DNA of 63,210 bases, filler included, from Octopus bimaculoides (lineage: Eukaryota), in assembly GCF_001194135.2 (NCBI RefSeq). It is 5 parts of 5 records of this genome, joined end to end, with 100 filler letters (N's around TTAATTAATTAA, not from the genome) between each part and the next. Parts side by side here need not be neighbours in the genome. Positions count along the whole stretch, not along the records: positions 46,798 to 60,145 come from NC_068994.1; positions 60,246 to 63,210 come from NC_068997.1; 3 more parts are not named here. One strand, written 5' to 3'. Below, in pieces: positions 53,043 to 63,210 of this stretch. Within the stretch, counting starts at the first letter, position 1; every line of letters starts with the position of its first letter. The notes beneath the pieces were generated by a model. That model did not search any database. It had not been told where the DNA came from and worked only from the letters and a program-made list of their open reading frames with translations. A program made the position numbers and the translations under genes.

Positions 53043-53866
53043 GAGATGTTATATTTGTGTGAGGTATGCATAAAAAATAACTGGAAAATAGTTCTTGCAG
53101 AATAATTACATATCAAAACAGGAGACTGAAAAAATGTTTTGATATTATTTATTCACCATTCCATGTGTTTCATTTGCTAGTATGTGTTATAGAATTGTAC
53201 ATGTAGGAGAAATATATAAGATATCTCCTTTTAGAAATTTATTAGACAAAGAATCAAATGATAGCTATATTATTTAATTCTCTATCTGAAGAATACCTGT
53301 ATTATTTGATTCTGTCAGAAGAATTTCTAATAGGAGATATCTTACATGTTTCTCTTACATGTATAATTTTTTAACTCCTGTTAGCAAATGAAACAATGTG
53401 TAATGTTGAATAAATAATACTAAAAGTTTTATCCAATCTTCTGTTTTGATATATTCATGTGTGTATATATATGCATGCATCATCATTTATTGTCTGTTTT
53501 CCATGCTGGCATGGCTTGGATGGTTTGTCAGGATCTGAAACTAATAATTAGATAAAATTAATGTTTGTCTAATGACCACATCATATCCTTATCATCACTT
53601 TGCCACGGTAATCCTGAAATGAATATGTAGCATTGCTAACCACAAGGTTTAGAGTTCAAATATGACAGAGGCTATTGCATTTATGCTCCTACATATGTTT
53701 GTTAAAATTTATTATTCTGTTTGTTTCAGCTGTTCATATAGAGTTGCATAACATTTTAATTTCTTTCTCTGTCTCACATAAATACATATATATATATATA
53801 CATAAGAATACTTGCATGCACACACACACACACACACACATGCACGCACACTCTCTCTCTCTCTAC

Positions 53867-54100
53867 AAGGCGGCGAGCTGGCAGAAACGTTAGCACGCTG
53901 GGCGAAATGCTTAACGGTATTTCATCTGCCACTATGTTCTGAGTTCAAATTCTGCCAATGTAGACTTTGCCTTTCATCCTTTCGGGGTCAATTAAATAAG
54001 TAGCAGTTACACACTGGGGTCGATATAATCGACTTAATCCGTTTGTCTGTCCTTGTTTGTCCCCTCTGTATGTAGCCCCTTGTTGGTAGTAAATAAATAA
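53867..54100 (+). mobile_element. tRNA-derived SINE family B, full-length copy
   Basis: Head GGCGGCGAGCTGGCAGAAACG, B-box-like GAGTTCAAATTC, core GCCTTTCATCCTTTCGGGGTC..TAAATAAGTA(C)CAG. The core resembles the MetaSINE/MESC-type core as I recall it (unverified). Other copies at about 43850-44030, 47378-47450, 48850-49345, 49860-50066, 56190-56360, 57782-57995, 60775-60983(-), 61014-61248, 62770-62990(-), 63010-63110(-). Confidence 0.85.
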
Positions 54101-57100
54101 CACTCTCCCTCTCTCTCTCTCTGTGTTGTTCATTTGATTGAACAACTGGATGATCACATGTTGAAATTAACAGGAGAGTTCATCATGTTTGTATATGTGT
54201 GTGTGTGTGTGTGTGCTTGTTTCTTTTGTCAGTTATATATATATGTTTATAGTATATATAAGTATGTATATACTGCTCTGTGTATATCTGTATATATTGT
54301 TGGCAACATATTATATAAATATTTCTGTCTGAAAAATATTGTACTTCCGATATTTGTTTCCATTCTAACTTGTCCTTGTCTTCACATGCAAAACTATTTA
54401 CTTTGTGTATATATGATTTCACCATTCTTCTAGTTTGTTTTAAATTATTGATACTTAATTTAAGAAAATTCATAATATGTTTATGATAAACTTCTTTTTC
54501 TTCTATTAGATTCTGCTAAAAAGAATTGTGATATTATTTATTAAATCTTCTATAACATTCATGGCAGTTGTTGCTGTTGCTGCTGCTGTTGTTTGCTAAT
54601 TTTAGTCGTTCTACAGATATTGAATATAGAATATTTTGTTTGTTAGCTCTATTGATATGATTATTGTTATCAGGTGGCATTTTTATTATATCAAATTGGT
54701 TCTTATTTATTTTATAATATGAATGTTATATTATTTATTAAGCTTCTATTTATGGCAAGAAAACATGATGATATTACAACTCATGTTATATATTATTATT
54801 TATGAATTTTCTATTTATGGTAAGAAAAATATATGAAATTACTGCTGTTATTTCTTTTATTAAATTCTAACTCTACAGGATAAATCCCTTGGTAGTGTTC
54901 TTGAAATTCATCATCATAATTATTTATAGAGATTAAACCATTTAGATTTTTCAATACATCTATTAGAATTTCAGATTTATTTTGTTATTGTTGTTGTTTA
55001 GAGAAATACATCAAACAGAATTGGACAAATATTAGAAAATATGCATAAAACTGTCCGAGGTTACCAAATACTGTGTGAGTGAGAATACCCAATCAATGTG
55101 TACAGATCCCAGTGTTGTTTTCTTTAATGTATCTATGATCATCCTTCTATGTGTAATCTGCAATGTCTTTACAGACACGCTTGTCTATCATTCTTGTTGT
55201 ATCAATCACAAATGAAATGATAAAAACATTCCTTAATAACCATAATGTTATAAATTAAACAATTACATCCATGTAATTCCTCAGACTTTTCACCTCCCTT
55301 CTGAACAATATTGCATTATATTATTGTGTTGATATATATTATATTGTTGTGTTGTGTTCACTGGTGTTGTTTTTGTCATAGAGAATGATGTCAGGTCTAT
55401 CATGTGCTATCTCATTCTGGGTCTGCATGTTAAAGTTTCATAGTATTTTTGTATTATCCTATGATAAGTGGTTTAAGTATTATACATATATACATACATA
55501 TGCACACACACATGCACATTCATGCATGCATATGTGCACACATGCACATATGTACACATGCACAGCTACTTTGTCAAATACATTTTGTCAAAGCTAGTCT
55601 AGGATATCCTGATACTGTATAATGTCTTGACTCAGGAAATACTCAATACAGGAAACATTCATCATCTATATTGTAGGAATTATGACTATTCCTTTCAAAA
55701 TATTTGGTGGTAATGGTCTATTTCTTGTATTGTGGATGTTGTTACTTCTGCTGCTCTATTCAGACAAAATTTGTGCATCTAAGCCAAAAATATAGTCTTT
55801 GTTTCTTTTTTTTTATTTGTATCAAGGGCAAACAGAAATAATGTCTATGTATACATGTAACTTAATGGTTGTTCTCCACAGTTGACCTATGTACCATCAC
55901 GATGCTTACATGCCTGTATTTTATGCTGACTGAAATCCAGTTTAGATGTTTGATGTCTAATGCCCTTCTGTGCATGACATTTGTTGCTGTTTATTTAATT
56001 TAATACCCTTTTTTTCATGATCAACAAGAAAACTCAGCAGGCCTTCTTGTGAACTAGAAAGATTATAGACAATATCAATAACTGACTTCTTATATTGCTT
56101 CATAGCACTCTCTAGTCCCCTGCCACTTTCTGTTATAAGGATTCAGTTATTTGATGTCAAGCTTATTGTGTAGTAGGTGATGTTGGTAGACGAGTAGAAT
56201 CATTAAAATGATATTTAAATCCTGCCTAGGTAAATTTTCCCTTTTAACTATCAGAGATTGATAAAATTTAAAAAAAAACCCAAAACACCAGCCATGAGCC
56301 AAGGTTGATTTGTCCAACCAACCCTTTACCCTTGAAATTTTGTAGCCTTATGCCTTCTGTAGAAACACCTATTATGGTAATTGATCTATTTCCATGATTT
56401 ATTGAATGCCCACTTTACCATGCTTGCATGAGTCAGATGTAATTTGTTGAGACAGCTTTTCTACAGCTGGATACCCTTTCTATTTCTAAGCAAGGTAATA
56501 TTTGGCATGGCCAGGTATGATTTTCATGAAAGATTAGGAACAGATAACATCACTTGTATGATAGTGATGCACATTTACAACCATTACATGATGCGAAGAC
56601 AAGGGTGCACAAAGACATACACACACACACACACACACACACTCACACACATATACATACTCCTCCACCCACACACAAATAAATGCAACAGGCTTCTTTC
56701 AGTTCCCATCAACCAAATTCATTCACAAAGCTTCATGATAATAAATAAATTTGCTGGATATAGAAAATTATTTAAGCCCACTGAAATTTCTATTTAATAT
56801 AGTGAAAATAATGTTTTTCTGAATTAAAGTAAACATTATTTGTTTAAAATTTACTCTATATAGTCTCACTACTACAATTCAGTTTATATTTTTTATCATG
56901 CTAATCCATATTGATGCAATACTGTTTATATTATGCACTTTGTTAAAGCAAAAACCTACATTTTCTGTTCAGACATCTTTTAATTAATTTTCAGAAATGT
57001 TTGTGTCGTAATGAGGAAAAGTCAAAGTTTTGCAACCTCTATACTTTATCTTTCAACTTTTTTAATGTTTTTAGAAACTTTACTGATATTCATCATTTAC

Positions 57101-57439
57101 TCTCTCTTAACTAGACAGGAGTATTTACTCTTAGGTTGGTATATTTTTAACCTCTTGTTTCACAAACACAGAGACATTCAGATGTACACACACTCACACA
57201 GACACAAACACACATGTTTATCCTACTGTTAAATATAATTCAACTTCTGCAGTTGATATTAATCTTACTTTAAGCAAACTTTTATACATATTCAAGTTTC
57301 TGTGTATGTGTTGTGTGTGCATGCATGCACACACAACAAGAAAGAATACAATGGTCGGCCAACTTCAATTTATATTATAGATACATGAATGTATATCTTT
57401 GTATATACACATAAACATACATATATAGATAAATATCCA

Positions 57440-57471
<32 letters not shown>

Positions 57472-59054
57472 ATCTAGTAACTGTAGTTATATATTGTACT
57501 CTCTGCAAGAGTCTCTGTGCTTGTATAATGAAAGTTTTGGTGTTCTATATGGAAAAACACCAGTGTCTAACTAACTATATATATATATTACACAAATTCA
57601 CACACACCCACATATACTAGAATAAAAGTATAGATTGGAAAACAGTTGGTATCTGGTTAGATTAATGACATTCATGTATGGAGAAAAGAATGCTTAGGAA
57701 ATGTTCATAATGGTATATATAGGAGTACTTCTGGAATAATTATAAGGTAAGGCCTTAGCATTGATATTACATAGTAAATAAAGGTGATGAGCTGGCAGAA
57801 TCATTAGTGTATCAGGAAATATGCTTAGTGGCATTTCATCTATTTTTGTGTTTTGAGCTCAAATTCCACCAAGGTCAAATTTGCCTTTCATCTTTTTGGG
57901 GTCAATAAAATAAGTACCATTTGAGCACTGGGCTCAATGTAATCGACTTATTCTCTCCCGCAAACTTGCTGTGCTTGTGCCAAAATTTGAAACTGGCATT
58001 ACATAGTAAGTTAAGGCAGGTCATCAGAGATAAAATGCAAAAACAGCTATAAGGGTGAATTTGCACACCTTGTTTCTTCCTTTTCTTTCAGCTTTGAATT
58101 TTACTTATGATGCCTTAACTTACTATGCAATACCAATACGACTGACTTATCTGGAGCATACATGCATAAATCACAACCATGATGAACACTTTCAACGCCC
58201 TAAGTATTATTTTCTCCACATTCAAACAAATGTCATAATCTGACCAGATACCCGTTTTTGATTAAAACAGTCTATACTTTTATACACATACCAGTATGAT
58301 TGAAACACTGCCTATAACCAATTACCATTTAAGCAGCGATAACATACCTACATTTTAAGTTGCAATTCAAGTTTAGGCTGGAAGTCAACCTGAGCACTAA
58401 TTGTTAGTAACTATTATCTCACATCATTACACATAATATCAACTGAAATTTGCAGATACATATATATATGTATATGTGTGTGTGTGTGTGTAAAGTGTTT
58501 GAAGTGGTGTACAAATATTGTACATTGAAAAAAAGGAGGTAGTCAGAATTTTGGATAATTCTTTATTAGTGCTTTCATTCATTTATCTAACTTGTCAAGA
58601 CAAAATCAAAATAATTTTGATTTACATTTTATCTTGACGAGTTCAATAAATGAATGAAAGGGGTAGTAAAGAATTATTCTGACTGCCTCCTTTTCCTCAA
58701 TATGTATTATATATATATATATATACATATGGTGATGCAAACAGGAAAAATAGAACTGAAAATATGAGTATCTGTATATTTTTATTAATATTTAACAAAC
58801 TCTCAGACCTTGAGTCACTTTGTTGCTTCTGCTACATATTGATATATATATATCCGAAATGTACAGTATTATATATCCATTATGTTCAGGATAACTTATT
58901 ACATTTGGTAAAGAACAGAACAAGAAAATTTTTACTTAAAATATTGCAGCTAAGGAAAAATTTCAAATAAAATATTTAGATTTAGAAAATATTAGCTTTT
59001 ATTAAAACTAAAAATTTTATTACAAGTTATTACTTCTGTTTGTTATTACTTGTT

Positions 59055-59357
59055 GTTGTTTGTTCCTTCTCGAGCCATGCCTGACTCATAAGAGCCGGTT
59101 TCCCAGTTGCATTGGTGTACTGGTTCCCCACCTGAATGGGATGCCGGTCTGTCGCAGATGAACTGCTAGATGCAGGAAGAAAGTGTGAGAGAAAGTTGTG
59201 GTGAAAGAGTCAGCAGAAGTTTGCCATTACCTTCTGCCAGAGCTGTGTGGAGCTTAGGTCTTTTGCTCATAAACACATACATCGCCGGTCTGAGATTCAC
59301 ACCAGCAATCCCTCAACCGTGAGTTCACTGCTTTAACCACTAGGCCATGTGCCTCCA
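59055..59357 (-). mobile_element. tRNA-headed SINE with 14-bp target site duplication
   Basis: Minus-strand head TGGAGGCACATGGCCTAGTGGTTAAAGCAG and (AAC)n-like tail. TSD TGTTATTACTTGTT at 59041-59054 and 59358-59371. Confidence 0.8.
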
Positions 59358-59925
59358 TGTTATTACTTGTTACTTCTATTAAAAATAAAAGATAATTCAA
59401 TTAAAATATTTTTTGCACTTTAAAGAAATTCATTTTTTTAATTAATAATTAGAAATTTGAAAATAGGTTATGAAAAATAATAGGAGTACATAATTAGTAC
59501 AATAAATAGAATAATACAAAAATTAGTTGCATATTACAATAAAATCTACCTATAACAACAAATTCACAGTAAAATTTGCTTGTGTTAGTGCCTAAGTTAT
59601 TGCTAGTCTTCATATTTTTAGTCATGACCCAATGCCTATTTTTTACATAATGGCTTTGCCTACCATATATACTATTCTACTTTGCATAAAACTTTAGCTA
59701 TATTGGTACTTCTGGCTCTCATTCTTTAGGCTCTCATTCTTCTGGGTCTCATTCTTCTAGTGTGTCAATATTTTAATAAAATGATGGTACCATTTTTAAT
59801 TATAATGCTACTTTGTAAATTAAAATCAAGGAATAAATTAGTTAGAAAATGAGATCAATATAAAATGATAACAAAGAAGAAAACTAAAGGTATTAATTTT
59901 AAATATTAAAATATTTAATTATTAT

Positions 59926-60032
59926 CCACTGATGAGTTTCAAATGACATAATATAATATTGTGTATTACTTTTGTTGAAATACCTATTCTTCAATTGTAT
60001 AACCGAAATATGTGAAAGAAACAGCTGTCTGG
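59926..60032 (+). ncRNA. candidate type I hammerhead ribozyme motif (Penelope-type), probably degenerate
   Basis: CCA-CTGATGA-G-TTTCA...TGAAA-GAAAC-AGCT-GTC-TGG: both catalytic boxes, a palindromic stem III loop, a GUC cleavage triplet and stem I CCA/TGG. The C that should pair with G10.1 is absent and loop II is long. Confidence 0.5.
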
Positions 60033-61573
60033 TTAAATTAAATAAATAATCCATATTACCTGTTCATTTATTTATATAAACCTGTTCCATTTATTTGATG
60101 ACATTTATTGGACTCCGTCTAATAAATTGATTCTATTAATGATTTNNNNNNNNNNNNNNNNNNNNNNNNNNNNNNNNNNNNNNNNNNNNTTAATTAATTA
60201 ANNNNNNNNNNNNNNNNNNNNNNNNNNNNNNNNNNNNNNNNNNNNCTATCTATATATATATATATATATATATTCAGATTTTTCAATATGCTAGGCCACT
60301 GGTTTTAAATTGATATTAATCAAATGACCGAAATAAGGAAAAGAAGAAATATATGAATGCGTATCATTTTCAAAGCAGATTTGACTTTTATATGTCGAAT
60401 GTCTGCCGATCACCGTAGAGTAAATTCGTTGTCTTAAAAGCAAAATAGACATACAGAAGTCGACAAATTTTTTAGTTAAAGTACAGCTATTTATCTCAGT
60501 TTCCTGTACTTAATCGACCCCAAGAGGATGAAAAGAGTAATTCGACCGCGAAAGTCGTCGGGCTGAGAAGATAAAGGGAAGTAACTATATGGACCAAGTT
60601 AGTTTTGTCAATTTTCTGCCGTTCATGTCATTCATAAAGTTACCGCTTTCACTCATGATAGCAAGTTAAAAATTGTAAATATGACGAAGTTGCTTCCCTT
60701 ACATCACGAAGATTTACTTCTTCGGCATCGTGTTTATGTATAGATGTTCTAATCTCTGTTAGTAACGATCGTAATGATTCCAAATTTTGGCGGAAGGCCA
60801 GCGATTTCGGTTTGCGTTTAAGTCGTTTACATCGACCACAGTGCTTAACTGGTACTCATTTTATCAACCTCCTAAACAATTAAAGGCAAAGTCGACCTGT
60901 GGAATTTGAACTCAGAGCGCAAAGACGGACATAATGCCGCCAAGCATTTTGTACGATGTGCTAACGGTACTGCCACCTCGCCACCAACAGTAATGGTACA
61001 AGGCGACTGATACAAGACAGCGAGCTGGGCAGAAGCGTTAGCAGGCCGGGCGAAATGCTTAGCAGTATTTCGTCTGCTGTTACGTTCTGAGTTCAAATTC
61101 CGCCGAGGTTCACTTTGCCTTTCATCCTTTCGGGGTCGATTAAATAAGTACCAGTTACGCACTGGGGTCGATGTAATCGACTTAATCCGTTTGTCTGTCC
61201 TTGTTTGTCGCCTCTGTGTGTAGCCCCTTGTGGGTAATAAAGAAATAACCAACAGTAATGGTTCCAAATTTTGACACAAGGCCCGCAAGTCTGGNNNNNN
61301 NNNNNNNNNNNNNNNNNNNNNNNNNNNNNNNNNNNNNNNNNNNNNNNNNNNNNNNNNNNNNNNNNNNNNNNNNNNNNNNNNNNNNNNNNNNNNNNNNNNN
61401 NNNNNNNNNNNNNNNNNNNNNNNNNNNNNNNNNNNNNNNNNNNNNNNNNNNNNNNNNNNNNNNNNNNNNNNNNNNNNNNNNNNNNNNNNNNNNNNNNNNN
61501 NNNNNNNNNNNNNNNNNNNNNNNNNNNNNNNNNNNNNNNNNNNNNNNNNNNNNNNNNNNNNNNNNNNNNNNNN

Positions 61574-61640
<67 letters not shown>

Positions 61641-61884
61641 GCTTCAAATTTTTTTACAAGGGCAGCCATTGTGGGGTAGGTGATGAATCGATTACATCGA
61701 CCCCGGTGTTCATCTGCCCTTACGTTCTGAGTTCAAATTCCGTCGAGGTCGACTTTGCCTTTCATCATTTTGGGGTCGATAAATTAAGTCCAAGTTGCGT
61801 ACTGGAGTCGATCTAATCGACTGGCCCCCTCCTCCAAAATTTCGGTCCCTGTGTCTAGTGTAGAAAGAAATATCAGAAGAAGCA

Positions 61885-62717
61885 AGAAATACGTAAAAGA
61901 ATTAAAGATTGCTGTGACTGAAACGCAACTGAGCGAAAGGAAAGAACCCACTGTGAGAGCAAGACAAATAAAAGCACAAGTCAAACGAAATGGAGTTGCA
62001 TAGCTTCGAAATAGATGGAGAAGTATGGCATTGCATGATAAATACCCAACTGGGTCCAGGGATTTTGATGTTGAAACAAATATGACCCATCAATGGTTAG
62101 TTGCATCTGAACTCAAAGGGCTTTACTATAGCAAGATAAGATCAGTGTCTGCTCCCTAAAAACTACCAAGCCAACACTCTTTAAAATGGTGCTTATCTAA
62201 CCTGTTACTTTTGTGGTACAAACAGGGAAACGACAGATACTTTCATATCGCTGGATTATCTATTTTAGCCCCAAAGAAATATATTAATCAACATGATAGA
62301 CTCGATCAGTATTTGCCCTGGATAATTTTCAGTAAATTTGGCACAACTATATTTGTGACCATCGGAGCGCTGGGGATAATACAAATTAGCCCTCTTCATA
62401 ATGGAGTTGGCTATAGCTGGATTCGTCACACGCACAATATCAGATGTTCGTCGTAAGTCTCACAAACCAGGAATGCTTTCGTACTGGACGAACGCGTGCA
62501 GGACCATTTCGACATTCCGTGCGCATCTCCAGTGGGCTAGGCTAACGTCACTATCATACCGAACCACCAATACTCATCCCGCTCCCCCACCCACTGCAGT
62601 GGCCCTGCCAGACCAGAGATTTCTGGAAAATAGCATTAGGCACCTGCCGGACAGTCCTGCGGGGAAGACCAATCAGTTGATTACCATCGACGCCCATGGA
62701 CAAAACGTTATGATTAT
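61885..62717 (+). mobile_element. degenerate R4/Dong-type LINE with probable 3' UTR
   Basis: RWRSMALHDKYP..DVETNMTHQWLVASELKG, LAPKKYINQHDRLDQYLPWII, TTIFVTIGALGII. The GC-richer tail to about 62717 is inferred to be its 3' UTR. Confidence 0.65.
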
Positions 62718-63210
62718 TCTATCTACAATAGGCAAGGCTGGAAGCCTGAAATTTTGTAGAAGGGTGCTACAAGGTGTAATAGACTCTAGGGCTCAACTAC
62801 TATTTATTTTATCGATTCTGAAAGGATGAAGCGTAAAGTCGACTTCGGTGGGATTTGAACTCAGAACGGAAAGCCGAAAGATATGCTGGTAAGCATTGTG
62901 TCTGACATGCCAACGACTCTACCAGCTTGTCACCCAACTAAATGTCGAGATAATGGTTTCAATTGTTGGCGCAATGCCAGTAAATTCGAGAGAGGGGATA
63001 CTTTTTTCTGTCGGACTCGGCAGAATTTGAACTCAGAACGTAAAGACGGACGAAATGCTTAGCAACATTTCGTCCGGCGTGCTGACGATTCTGCCGGCTC
63101 GCTTACTAAGCATTAAGGATAATGTAAACAAAAGACTTGAAGATAACAAAAATGGAGGAAGAGGACGGCCACGGCGATGATGAAGCAGAAGAGGATGTAG
63201 AGAATAAACG

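Noticed and set aside
62401-62829. 142-aa ORF as a host gene
   Set aside because: It overlaps the end of a degenerate R4/Dong copy and a SINE-B, with no recognisable domain or splice context.

Overview
AT-rich, microsatellite-laden animal genomic DNA with many N gaps. The SINE repertoire and repeat landscape look like an octopus genome (inference from recall, not a database result). One protein-coding gene is well supported: the 3' part of ARMC2 (armadillo repeat containing 2) on the minus strand. It has seven GT-AG exons between 46319 and 35992 whose phases chain into one open frame of 1071 nt (356 aa plus stop). I did not find its 5' exons; an artificial scaffold spacer lies about 380 nt upstream of the first recovered exon. 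The rest is decayed mobile DNA: a CR1-type LINE, five R4/Dong-type LINE fragments, two Penelope-like remnants, two Helitron remnants, a pogo/Tigger remnant, mariner/Tc1 remnants, MITEs with hAT-, piggyBac-, mariner- and Merlin-type ends, and dozens of copies of at least five SINE families. I saw no rRNA, true tRNA, CRISPR or prokaryotic system, and most of the long ORF-track entries are artefacts of gaps or microsatellites. The most interesting observations are a Penelope-type hammerhead ribozyme motif, R4/Dong insertions into SINE-derived (TAA)n tails, a CpG-depleted domain suggesting gene-body methylation, a Merlin-type MITE, and several inverted structures in or near ARMC2 introns. I found no convincing wholly new biological system.
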